Shown piece after piece: positions 49,632-61,937 of a DNA stretch of 64,000 bases. The stretch is from Folioceros fuciformis (lineage: Eukaryota), in NCBI GenBank assembly GCA_049999805.1, contig JBNGIO010006336.1:1-64000 (forward strand), given 5' to 3'. Position 1 is the first letter of the stretch. Every line of letters starts with the position of its first letter. Made by a program: the position numbers and the translations under genes. The notes beneath the pieces were generated by a model. It saw nothing but the letters and a program-made list of their open reading frames with translations. It was not told the origin of the DNA and did no database searches.

Positions 49632-52005
49632 TTACTCGGTTATCCCTAGCATCTTATTAAACTTCGTATGCTTCTGTGAATCTAAGCCTTTAGTAAGAAC
49701 ATCAACGGGCATGTCCTTAGTAGGATAATAAACTAAAGGTATTTTCTTGGTTTGGACTTTCTCCCTGATGAAGTGATGCCTAACTTCGATGTGCTTAGTC
49801 CTTGCGTGGAAAATAGCACTCTTAGCCAAATAAATACAGCCCTGATTGTCGTTGAAGATGGGCGTTGCACCTTGTTGCTTGTACCCTATTTCTTCGAACA
49901 ATCGCCTAAGCCATATAGCTTCCACGATTGCGACTGAGGCTGCCATATACTCAACCTCTATAGAGGATAGTGCCACTGTAGGCTAGCGCCAACTACTCTA
50001 TGAAATGGCTCCCCCAAATAGCATGAAGGCATACCTTGTCATAGACCTATGAGTGTCGACATTTCTGGCCCAATCTACGTCGCAAAATCACATAATACGG
50101 GCTTCTTCGTCCTTCTTCTTCCGGTAGGTCAATGTCCAATGTTTTGTGCCCTACAAGTTTCTGAGTATTCTCTTGACGGCTTGATAATGCTGAGGTTGGG
50201 GGTTGACCAGGAATTGGCTCACAACTTCCATTGCCTCTACGATGTCTGGCGTGGTGCTTGTCGCCAAGTAAGTAAGGCAGCCAACAACACACTAGTAGAG
50301 ATTCTTATGTACTTGTTCCTTCACATTAGAATCCGCCTCCTGTGATAACTTCTCATTGCGGATCATTGGAATTTGTGTTGGTTTGCAATCGTGCATCCCA
50401 AAACGCTCTAGTATACTCCGCACATATGTCTGCTGACTTAGGGAGATTGCCCTATTGGTCCTATCTCTGTCGACCTTTATACCTAGGAAATAATTCAGCT
50501 CCTCAAGGTCTCGTACAACAAAGCTTTCACTAAGGCCTCGCTTTGCTAAGGTCAGAAGCTCATGATCATTGCTAACGATGATTAAATCGTCCACATATAC
50601 GGCAATGATGACGACAAAAGCTCCCACTCGCTTCACGTAAATATTCCGATTAGCATTGGTCTTCTTGAAACCCCTAGATTGGAAATGATCATCAAGTTTA
50701 CAATACCAAGTAAGGGTAGATTGCTTAAGACCGTAAATGGCCTTTTGTAGCTTACATATCTCGCCCTCACATCTAGGTACCACGTAGCCTTTGGGTTGCT
50801 CCATGTAGATCTCTTCGTTTAGATCTCCATTTAGAAAAGCAGTTTGGACATCCATATGATGTATCTCCATATCCAAAGCAGCGGCGATAGAAGGGAGTGC
50901 TCAGATAGAGGCTATCTTTGCAACAGAAGAGAAGGTATTTGTGTAGTCCACACCCCGAATCTGCGTATACCCTTTCCCCACCAGCCTTGCCTTGCAGCGC
51001 TGTATGCTCTTGTTGGCCTTCCGCTTGATCTTGAAAGTCCACTTTGATCCTATGCACTTCCTTTCAGGAGTCGGAGGAGTAATAATCCATGTTTTGCTGG
51101 CAATGAGGGAGCTATACTCACTGTCCACAGCTTCTCTCCATTCTTTTGCCTTTGGGCCTACAAATGCCTCCGTTAAGCTGAGGGGTTCTCCAACATCTGT
51201 AAACACATCTCCTCACTAACACATCCATTAAGAGATTCTATGAGCTTCCGTGACGGCTTTCGCAACCTGGTAGATCTGCGTAACGCCGGTTGCGGTTCTG
51301 TAACTCGATAGTCTTCTTCTACTTCTTCAGTAACATCAGGAGTTTCTCTCTCTCCTCCCTCGATGTTGCATTCTGCACCTGTGGCTTGGGGTAAGACTCC
51401 AACTACGTCTTCAACCAGAGTAACATCAGGAGTGTCTCTCCCTCCCCCCTTATGTTGCAAGGTTGAGAGGAGTTGACAGGAATTGAAGCGGAAATCACAC
51501 CGTAGTCTTCGGCAGACCTGGAGGGAGCCAGCAAGGGAGGAGATGAAGCTCCCACTCTAGTTGTAGCCTCGGCAACCTCTTGAAAAACAACATCCCTACT
51601 AAAAATGACCTTCGTAGTAAGATTGTATAATTGATAACCTTTCACTGCATCAAAATAGCCAAAGTATGAGACACTTTGTACCATTAGGATCCCATTTGGT
51701 CCATCTCGCCTTCGAAACACGAGCATAGACCATGGAACCGAAAACCCTAAAATGTCGAATATTGGGTTTGATACCAGACCATGCTTCTTGTAGCATCATA
51801 CCGGGTACGGCCTTCGTCGGAACTTTATTCAACACGTAGGTTGCTATCACGACAGCCTCTCCCCAAAAACTGACCTGCAAGCCACTAAGAAACAACATGC
51901 ACTTGGCTGCTTCCACAAGGCTTCGTATCTTCTGCTTTGCCACTCCATTTTGCTGCGGAGTGTGCGGAATCGTGGGTTGCCATTGAATTCCATTCTCCTT
52001 ACAAA
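49632..52005 (-). pseudogene. Copia pol relic (integrase core/C-terminus, RT, RNase H) with stops and frameshifts
   Basis: TPQQNGVA, FWGEAV..A.YVLN, RRSTR.RK, CKARLVGKGYTQ..GVDY..TFS, MDVQTAFLNG.L.EEIYM.QP, YVDDL, ALSS.E.EY, DNQG.I and RTKHIEVRHHFIRE. Confidence 0.95.
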
Positions 52006-54467
52006 AAACTTGGCTCTAATACCATGTTAGAAAAACAGAGAATCCCAAGATAAGGCTCAGCTCAGTACATCTAGATTGACAGTCCATGCGTACATATGTA
52101 GCCTTCAAGCATGACTATAACTCAATAAAGGGTAGACATTACCTTGATCGTGGTTCTATTCTATATACCTTGGGGTATAATCTCTAGACTCCAATGTAGA
52201 TATGTTGCACAAACCCCATAGGTTTCTAACAAAGAAGTTATCAAGCATAACCTTGTACGAGTAGCCCTCGCCTTTGTCCATTGCCAATTCGTCAGCCTGA
52301 GCTCACTTCCACATGTCCACCACTGAAACCCCTGACAATTTATTAGGCTAAGTACTGCAACTGAACCACCAGGCTCACGTTCTCCACAACTGCAATTCTA
52401 CCTGGCCCGATGTAGATGTATGCAGCTGCAGAGGGATTAGGGGTAATTAGGAACTGGCAAGGCTACTGAATGCTAATAGATGGCAGAGTGTGACTGCAGA
52501 GCAGAGCTTACCAGGAAGGATCGACAGGGGGACAGTAGACATCCGTATACTTTACTCATAGTTTTCATGAAATCTTAACTAAAGATCCGCGGTTCAAGCA
52601 TATTCCATATCTGCATGACCTAGAATCTTCAAACCTGGGTCCTCCTGATTGGCCTTTAGTACTCTGTAAACAGACAACAGTTATATACTGGACAACAATA
52701 GTTCTAGGTCAAAGTAACTTGGGTCCGGATTGTCTACTCTACGTTTTGGGACACAGAGGAGAACTTCAGGTCACAACAAGCCCGATTAGAATGACATGTT
52801 GCCCAGTTGCAGTTAGCCTGAGCAAACCGTTCTCCATCTAGTCCAGAGCGAAAGCACGATAGACAAGAGCACTTGCTTTCTTTATCTGAAGGTGGTTCAC
52901 CCTACTGCAAGCAAATTGCAGTTCACCGGAATATACATACTTAGACCGTCTCAAACTGTTAAACCATAGGTGTCAAGTTGTGCGAGTCCATGAGCACAAC
53001 AATTTTTCAGTTGCATTCCTGACAAAGATGCTATTCCTGACCAGCACGAGATACACAGACTTCACTGATCCAGGAGGAAGAGTCACTCTTGTTGCAGAGA
53101 GTCAAATGCATGGCTTCTATTTCTCGAGCAGCCCTTCTGAGCGGTTCCTTGCCTCCTCTCACTGTGCAAGCCCGTATCCCTTGCAGATGCGTGCATTGTG
53201 ATGAGTTGTAGACACGTTACTATTTTCAGTCTTCCAGTAGGTACCCTAGGCATGTCCAGCAATCCATGCTCAATCAGAAAATTACCAAACACCAAGCACC
53301 AAACATAGACAATTCGCCACAGAGCGCGCAAATTTTTGTTAGCAGCAGGCACACAATCGATTCAGGCTCCATCTTCTCCAAAGATGAATCGAGCGACTCC
53401 CTTGGGCAACTCCAGATCCTGGTCAGACTAACCCATAACTAGTTCGATGCATATAGCCAATGTAGACAAACCAGACAGGCTGACAAGTATGAAGGATTAT
53501 GTAGACCTGTAAAGTGTGGTCTCATGACCGATGTACCCGCTGAATGTGCTAGCCTTCACCAATCTCAACAGTTTTGATGGAACATCTTGATAAAATCAGT
53601 TGGACGACGTCGCCATGGCGAACGGAGGTCCCTGATTCACAAGTAAACAACTACGATGACGAACACATTTGTGTCCTAATCCAAGGAACAACAATTGCAT
53701 TTGACGTATCACTGGACTTTGCTGGCTCCAATGCGAACGGGCGAGATGCGACTGAACTTGAAGGTGCCGATTGCAGACTGCTCAACAGCTGTTGTGAAGA
53801 GGTACAATGGCAAGCTTGCATTACCCATCCCCACACTGCTGAGCGTCAGAGCCAGTAAATGCAGAGATAGCTGCGAAATCATTTGCAGCTACTGGTTAGA
53901 AGTGGTTAACTACACAGTTTTCTCCGAATCTCACAGGTTGTTGGGACTGTACTAAAAGGTGCATTTCTCTGGCTAGAAGACACTCTGCTGGCTGTGAGCA
54001 GTGCTCGCGTACAAATTGCAATCAGTACACACGTGGGCGAAAAGAATTGACTGATTGTACAGTAGTGTGTATGGAATACAGATAGGGAGAGTGGCTGGAC
54101 ACATTTTTTTCCAAATACGTACTTCATACGAGAATATACCTCAAAATCTAGTATAGATGACTATATTATACATAGCCACGTGGCCACTCATGGTACACCA
54201 TATTATTGTTTCCTAAATGCATCAAGGTTGTGGACCGGTGGGGACACATAAGGTTTTTTTAGGGTTATGCACGACATCGAAATGTTTTTAAGTACGAGTT
54301 ACACATAGGAAAAAAACCACCGCCGTCCTTGCATCGCCAAGGGTTTAGGGTTCATCGCGGGCACATCGCATCGAAGGGTGATTAGTTAGGAGTAGGACAT
54401 CAGGAAGGAGGAGGAGGAGCCCTACACAAATGACAAGCCTGCCATGCAGTCATGGGCTGTGAAATAG

Positions 54468-54636
54468 TGTCATGCTAAAACAGTGTTAGCTAAAAGTGCC
54501 CTTGACATTAGGCAACCAAAATTGTACTCGAATGAAAACCTAACCTCACACTCTCTGAGAAGGTTGCTATGAACATGACTGTAAGGAAAATGAGAAAATG
54601 AGCAAGGAGGAACGGGATCTTGGTAAGTCCTTATCA
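54468..54636 (-). repeat. About 169-bp LTR-like repeat, copy 1 (TG...CA)
   Basis: Homologous to 56006-56174 (ctaaaagtgcccttgacattaggcaaccaaaattgta...ggtaagtccttatc). Confidence 0.8.
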
Positions 54637-56005
54637 AAACCACGCGAGAGCAACACTGTCACGTTGCAAGGAGCGGTGATGTATCTTTTCACTCAATACT
54701 AGTGTTTGAGAAAAATAGCACATAGTGAACCATCGTAGTGCAATCCCAATTTCACAACACCCATGGGCGAAGCCCAGCCATATCACCCAACTCGAAACAC
54801 CAGCAAACCCTCAAATCCACGCCTCTAGCAATCACGATATAAATCTCTTTGCTTGGCAACGCCGCAACGAGAGCCCCGAGTCTGCAAATCCTCAATGGAA
54901 GGTCACGGAAGCTTGCCTAGCTCGGACACTTAGCGTTAGACCCAGCTTGCACTCACACCACATCGTCGCACGCGCAAGCTGACCGGCAGCCCCAGCTCGA
55001 TGAGTCTCTGCGATGCCCCCGATTCACAGCCCGCGCCCCGTTGATTTCATGCACAAGCTCCAGAGCCCGGTCCGCTACCTCGTGCAACTGGAACCCAGCA
55101 CCTCGGCAATCTTTGATTCGGGTGAGCCCAGCTTTGTAATTTCGCTCAGCATCTCGTGCCTTGCAACCCCGCAGCTAGAAAACACCAGGTGAGGGTTCGC
55201 AAAGGAACCGCCACGCCCTCAGCACTACAACCCCGTCTCTGTATCGCCCACAAACAACGATCCCCCTGGTACAAGCCACGAAGTGAGCTTCTACCCTACG
55301 CGATCCCGGACAGTTGACATGAAAGCCACGCGAAGCACTCCAGTCCGATTCGCCCAAAATTCACAGAACTAGCTCAAGTTTACAGGTGAGTCCCGTGTTG
55401 GGCTCGCGATGGGAGCCCCCTTCTCTCGACTACAGTCCACCAGCCCCATCCTTGCAATCTGGTTCACCCTCAAACACACTGCCCTAGCAAACCAGATTAT
55501 GTGAGTTGCAGTAACTCCCTAGCCCAACATCAACACGACACACTTAGACCACACACGACATGACGCCCATGACTTGCTTTGATTCCTGAGAAGTCACAAA
55601 GCATATCACATGTCCCCTAGCTAGCTACACGGGAAGGTCCAAGTTGCGCAACGCAGCAGGCTGCTACCTAAGAACTTCTAACAACTACCTAGCTAAGCCC
55701 CGCAGTCTGGTACTCATTTGTGCCACTCTTGCTCCTGGCCGTTGCCCGTGGTCTCACTCCACACCGTCGGCGCCATGCCGCCCACGCTCGCAACCTCACA
55801 GCCATCTTGCGCAATGATGCCCAAGCTACCCAGTCACTCACGTTCGCTTCCAACATCACATGTTTGCCCTTCACGCCTCACTCCCGAGCCCTAAACGAAC
55901 CCACATGTTTCATGCCTAGCTAATTCTGGCTGGTTATCTAATGATCAGCCTAATTACATATGTTCATTAATTAACTAGCCTAATTAATCAACATAGCCTG
56001 ACAGC

Positions 56006-56174
56006 TATCGTGCTGAAACAAAGTCAACTAAAAGTGCCCTTGACATTAGGCAACCAAAATTGTATGCGAACAAAAAACCTAACCTTGCAGTCTCTGAGAA
56101 GGTTGCTATGAACGTGAGTGTAAGGAAAATGAGAAAATGACCAGGGAGGAATGGGATCCTGGTAAGTCCTTATC
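56006..56174 (-). repeat. About 169-bp probable 3' LTR of the PHD-gypsy element, preceded by a poly-G PPT (56174-56185)
   Basis: It lies immediately downstream of the integrase-PHD ORF and a G12 run on the minus strand, with a second copy at 54468-54636. Confidence 0.75.
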
Positions 56175-56264
56175 CCCCCCCCCCCACGAGTGTGGTGCTA
56201 CAAGCCACCAAAACTGCAAGCAAGCTCTATCAGATGCCAAAGAAAAATCCAAGAGTTCACCTAA

Positions 56265-56815
56265 TCAACTGTTACTAGTGTCTCTAGCTCGGCAAAGGGG
56301 ACAATACCACAAATTCTCTGGCACCTCAGTTAGTGGTGGCTGAAGACAAAATAAGTGGTAGCCTCCATTACAACCATCACACAACAACATGAACTTTGGA
56401 TCATCAATCCTCCTGCACACCTGACATGGATAATCAGCCGGAGGGACCCAATTTGTTGTGACTAGCGTGGGGTCCAAGTTGGGTAGATGGCGTGGGGCAC
56501 AATTTTTCATGTGGTCTGTTGTAACCCGCCCATCAGACCCTTCTAGCAGCAGCACTCTATTCCTACGCACCTCTCACACACGTAACACATGTTTGCTGGT
56601 GCTAGGCTCCAAAGTATCCTGTGTTTGCCGCTGTAGATAGACATAGTCCTCTGGCTGAAATTTCCTGCCCTTAGGATGAAAACTCCCACTCCTAGTATGA
56701 GCATACCTGAGTGTATCACGATGCTGAGCTATCTTGAGATTGGCCATAGCCATTGGCATCACATGTCTGAATAAGGCTGCACTTTTTCTAGTAGCCTTGG
56801 CCCATGCTACCGGGT
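56265..56815 (-). pseudogene. Ty3/gypsy integrase C-terminal relic with fused PHD finger
   Basis: A.ANLKIAQHRD..RY...R...F...DYVYL (GPY/F-type region), then after a frameshift near 56572 CQVC-x8-LLCDGCNGGYHLFCL.PPL..VP...WYCPLC, a canonical C4HC3 PHD. Confidence 0.88.
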
Positions 56816-56819
56816 ATGG

Positions 56820-59016
56820 AATGCAGGTTTTTGGCAAGTACCCGCAATAGGTAGTAATCGGCTAACAACGGTTTCGATTTTGTTTGGCCTTGGTTTGGTA
56901 GGTTAGATGAGTGGCAATAATAAGGGGTAGTATTGTAAAGAAGTTACCTTCTTTGGGATGGCTACCTATAGGGAAGTATGTCCACATAGGGAGGATAGGT
57001 ATCTATGTAGGAGGTAGTACCTAAATAAGAAATATAGTTGCGAAGGGCAAGCTACCTACAGAAAAGGGACACTTGTCTAGGGTATCTACTAAGGGCGGTT
57101 ACTACATATAGAAGTATACCTATGACAAGAGGGTATTTAAAGGGGGATCTCTACCTAAGGTGTCCCATCAACGAAGAGTGCTCACCTCCACGTAGTGAAC
57201 TACAGCTACCTACATAGAGAGCGAGCACAGTATCTCCTCAAGGATGGTGAACAAAGGCAAGAACTGGAGAAGTTGACCTAGCAGGTGACCACGTTGCAGA
57301 CTTTCTAACAAGGTTTATCACATGAGGTCATTGCATGTCAAAGGGACCTCGCCCAATCTGAGGAAACTAGGAAGCTGGTGGAGGAACAGCTACGGGAACA
57401 AGTCTACCTTGCAAAGGATTTACAAGGCAAGCTAGATGAGTTGGAGACATAGAGTGCTAAAGCGAACCAGGAACTCCAGCAAAGCCTTGAAGCAGGGCAA
57501 CATGAGCGAGTGGAGAGGGAACAATTGACCATCCAATTAGAAGACCTGCGGCAGGAGAAAGCACAACAAGTAGTTGAGCACCAAGCCAAGATTCACAGGA
57601 TGCTGGTGGTTCGAGCTCGTAGGTTTCGTGCTAACTATGCCTACTTAACGGGGTGCATGACCAAGCTTCATGCATCTCATCTATAAAACCTTGACCTACA
57701 GTTGAAGGTAGGGGCAATCGAGGCTGAACGGGATATCTACAAGAGTAGATGCGAGGGTGGGCATTGGGTTGTTGACATGGATACCATGGATCTAGCTCAA
57801 CAAAATCGCAACCTCCACCTACATCAACGTCTACTCGGTCGACACAAGGAACTGGTAGCGTTGGCAAGGCGAAGGTATCTTGGGCCACATGATGACGATC
57901 ATGAGGCCCTGGAGGCACTGCCCCTTCCAACGGACTTTCAAGAGGACAACAGTATGGACCTAGAGAGCTCGCAATGGGAACCTGAGGAGTTGCTCTGGGA
58001 TAAGAAGAGCATGCAACAAGGGGGACCTACTCCCGTAGGGAACCTACCTACGAGACAAGGGGTATGGAACCTACCTACGAAGGAAGCAATAGGGACCCTA
58101 CCTACGAAGGGGACATTCTCACCCTACATAGGGAAGGAACCTCAAGTGGAAGAACAAGTGAATCCCTTCCCTACCAAACCTATAGGCGGTGGTGAAGGGA
58201 TATCCCAAGAGATCCACATAGAGGAAAGTACAGTGGAAGTTTGTTGATCCAAGAGAAGATGAATCCCAAAAATGGAGGGGGGCCCAGTAGCTCAACCTTC
58301 AAAGCTTGCCTCCCTTCAGGAGCAGTCCTAGCCACACCTTGTTGGAGAGAGGGTCAACGATTCTTCTATGGCAGCGCCGACAGTCCTAATCTTCATCGGC
58401 GTGCACTGCCCTAGCAACTATTGGTAGGTCTTAGCCTCTTGGTAGGTGTGTGTAGTTAAAGCTAGCGGCGGCTAGTGGTAGGTAGGAAGCCATCTGCCAT
58501 CCTATATAAGTAGAATGAAGGACTTGAGTAGGGACCGTTTTTTTTGGATTGTAAGTTGTTTCGTGACGAGTAGTGAACCAACTTTCGTAAGCCTGCGTGG
58601 ACATCCTGGCGGAAGGGGGAGTTGCGAGTGCCCTTTCTATTGCTGATCTCAAGGTTCTTGTGGTGTTTGGTTGGGAGTGTTGAATATAGGGAGACGAGCA
58701 GTTGGATTGTTGTGGAACGTGTTGTAAGGAGACTTGTGAGGAAAGTGGTATTGAGTGTAGGTAGTTAGAAATTGGTAGGGGGAGGTAATGGGGCCCTTCC
58801 AAGTGAAGGAATGGTGCCTTCCTACTGACTGGACGTATTGAGGGTACGCGCTAAGGAAGGTTGAATGTCGTAGGTGAACGATAAACATAGTTGGAGGGAG
58901 CTGACCAGGCTCGGAGGGGAGCAATTTCGGGGAAGCCTACAATGACCGTGGGATTGATGTGGCCACGATACATGTGAGCGGTTGCCTGGTAAGGGTACCA
59001 TACCCGCTTGCCCACA
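56820..59016 (+). mobile_element. Long variant of LTR family A (5' LTR, slightly truncated) followed by a PBS-like sequence
   Basis: 58030-59016 is homologous to 60290-61259, and 56825-56910 resembles 60028-60115. It ends cccaca followed by ttttagcatcgttgtcgggga, resembling the Athila-type PBS tggcgccgttgccgggga. Confidence 0.75.
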
Positions 59017-59936
59017 TTTTTAGCATCGTTGTCGGGGAGCCAACGGTCAGCTAGAGAGGTTGTTCATTGAATTAGAAGTGAGGTTGGGTGGATGCATGAG
59101 GGAAGTGAGGCAAAACATGAGGACATCAAAACACCACCTACTGCAAGGAGTCTTCGTGCAACACTAAGGGAACGAATGAAGGAGCTTCAAGAGAGTGAGT
59201 GATGAACAGCTTCAACGACTCGATCTACTCAGGGAGGGCGAGTGGTGTCCTCTCTTTTGGATAAAGATGAACGTTGAAAGCGTGGGGAGGTTGTGGGAAT
59301 CATTGACAGCTCATCTCCGTTGAACGTTTCCCATCTCACTGGGAGGTTTGTCGGAACCTCATCGACGCAGGAAGGTGTGGTTGTTAAAGTTGTGCTACCC
59401 ATTCACACCTCGCCTCAAGAAAAATCTACTATGAGTGGGGGAGGGGTGAGCCCTTTGGCTGGTGGGCTGCCACAACCTCATACATGACTTTAAACCTTTT
59501 AGCAAGACTGTAACGTAGCGAGCCCTAAATTACCTTATGAGAAGTGTTGAGCCTTAAAGAATATAATGAGAAGTAGCGCAACCTAGACTTGTGTAGTCTA
59601 TATACATTGAAAAAAGTAATAGTTTTAAGACAAGCTATTTGCTCTACTTGCCTATAAGTCATAAATTTCTATAGTGGGTCCTCAATGACATCTAATACCA
59701 AACCCATTGATTGGAAAATGCCATTACAATTAAGTGTTGCTAAGTGGCTCCAAAGAGTAGTAGAGAAGAAGTAACGTAGATTATGATGCACTTGAATAAT
59801 AAGGAAGCTAAAGAGAAAATAAATCAATGTGGGGAAACTCACATTATGTAAACGTAGTGAACTCAAATAATGAGGAAGCTAGAGAGGAAACATGTCACCA
59901 TGGTTCACTCGAATAATAAGGAAGCTAAAGAGGAAA

Positions 59937-61259
59937 TGTGAAACGGAAAAGTTTGGTAATCGGTCTAGGAAAGTCTTACTTGGTTTCTTTTTATTCAAAA
60001 CAGTTCGAAGGGAGACATGTGGAAGGTAGGTTTTTGGGCAAGTGCCCATGGTAGGTAGTGAGCGGTTGGTGAAGGTTTTTAAGGATTTTTTTAGTTCTAT
60101 TCTGGTAGGTTAGGGTAAGAAGATACCTATGTAGTAGGATGTTTACCTACATACGTAGAGAGAGTACCTACGTAGGGAAAATGGAAGATACCTACGTAGG
60201 TAGGGAAGGTACTTATACGGTAGACACCCCACCTACAGCAGTGGGGTAGACATCCTACCTACGACAATGAGTGGGAATGGTAGAGAGAGTACCTACGAGA
60301 GGAGGGGTAGGGAACCTACCTACGAGGGAAGCAATAGGGACCCTACCTGCGAAGGGGACATCCTCACCCTGCGTAGGGAAAGAGCCTCAAGTTGAGGAAT
60401 AAGTGGATTCCTTCCCTACTCAACCTATAGGTGGTGGTGAAGGGATATCCCAAGAGATTCATAAAGAAGAAGGTACAGTGGAAGCTCGTGGATCCAAGAG
60501 AAGATGGATCCCAAAAATGAAGGGGGGCCAATAGCTCAACCTTCAGACTCTGCCTCCCTTCAGGAGCAATCCTAGCCACACCTTTTTGGAGAGAGGGTCA
60601 ACGAATCTTCTATGGCGGTGCCGACAGTCCTAATCTTCATCGGCGCGCACTGCCCTAGCAACTATTGGTAGGTCTTAGCCTCTTGGTAGGTGTGCATAGT
60701 TAAAGCTAGCGGCGGCTAGTGGTAGGTAGGAAGCCGTCTGCCATCCTATATAAGTAGAACGAAGAACTTGAGCAGGGACCGTTTTTTGGATTGTAAGTGT
60801 TTCATGACGAGTAGTGAACCAACTTTCGTAAGCCTGCGTGGACATCCTGGCATAAGGGGTACCTGCAAGTGCCCTTTCTATTGCCGATCGCAAGAGTTCT
60901 TGTGGTGTCTGGTTGGGAGTGTTGAACGTATAGAGACAAGCAGTCGGATTGTTGTGGAAGGTGTTGAAAGGCGACTGGAGAGGAAAGGGGTATTGGGTGT
61001 AGATAGCTAGAAATCGATAAGGGGAGGTATTGGGGCCCTTTCAAGTGAAGGAATGGTGCCTTCCTACTGACTGAACGTGTTGAAGGTACATGCTAATGAA
61101 ACGTTGAATGCCATAGGTGAACGATAGACACAATTGGAGGGAGGTAACCAGGCTTGGAGGGGAGCGATTCCGAGGAAGCCTACAACGACCGTGGGATTGA
61201 TGTGGCCAGGATACATGTGAGCGGGTGCCTGGTAGGGGTACCATACCTGCTTGCCCACA
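59937..61259 (+). mobile_element. Solo LTR (family A), 1323 bp; TSD GGAAA
   Basis: Termini tgtg...caca, with GGAAA at 59932-59936 and 61260-61264. Two homologues occur in this window. Confidence 0.92.
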
Positions 61260-61456
61260 GGAAACAAATCAACCACTGGAGAAGTGGCTAAAGTCATATA
61301 TGATGAGAATCATAGACTAGGTCTAGTGTTGTGTAGTTCATTAATAGTAGAAAGTACATACCTTTGTAGGAAAGGTTGTTGTGACCATAAAATGATTATA
61401 ACTAAGAAAATAATTGAACACCTACTTAAGGAATCCACCTAGTACTCTCGGTGCCC

Positions 61457-61631
61457 TAGTGAAGTGTGCCCTAATAATAAGTTATTTTATGAATATCAAG
61501 CAAGAACACAACCCTTGGATTAGGTTCTTAGCTCACACAAAGCCTTAGTGAAGCGTGCCCTAATAATAAGTTATTTTATGAATATCGAGCAAGAACAAAA
61601 CCCTTGGATTGGGTTCTTAGCTCGCACAAAG
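61457..61631. repeat. 2x 89-bp tandem duplication
   Basis: tagtgaag.gtgccctaataataagttattttatg... starts at 61457 and 61546. Confidence 0.9.
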
Positions 61632-61837
61632 ATGTTCATGTGTAAAATTTGATGGAAGTAAGGAAAGGAAGAAAGCAGGGGAAGGATAGTGTATGCAAAT
61701 GGTACAATAACATAACTCACATGCAGCATTGTCCCATGGACAATGTTACTCTAAAGGCCTATGCGGCGCCAACAATGGAAGCAATATAAAAAAATACCTA
61801 AGTGACCGTTGGCGGTAGCACAACTTGGTGTGAGCAT

Positions 61838-61937
61838 NNNNNNNNNNNNNNNNNNNNNNNNNNNNNNNNNNNNNNNNNNNNNNNNNNNNNNNNNNNNNNN
61901 NNNNNNNNNNNNNNNNNNNNNNNNNNNNNNNNNNNNN
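61838..61937. other. Assembly gap (100 N)
   Basis: A run of N. Confidence 1.

Larger units (their letters stand above)
48343..52231 (-). mobile_element. Ty1/copia LTR retrotransposon, internally deleted and degenerate; TSD AAGAA
   Basis: The 5' LTR is 52025-52231 (tgttagaaa...tttctaaca). The 3' LTR is 48343-48363 plus 49407-49597. The PBS tggtattagagcc (tRNA-iMet-like) is at 52012-52024 and a PPT is at about 49598-49608. AAGAA lies at 48338-48342 and 52232-52236. Integrase, RT and RNase H relics are in copia order. Confidence 0.95.
46600..53450 (-). pseudogene. Degraded multi-exon gene of unknown identity, interrupted by the copia element
   Basis: Exon-like AG...GT segments have isolated in-frame stops. 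Removing the copia element plus one TSD restores the reading VSVVDMWK*AQADELAMDKGEGYSYKVMLDNF|LTCTYALECQ across 52232/48342. Confidence 0.4.
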
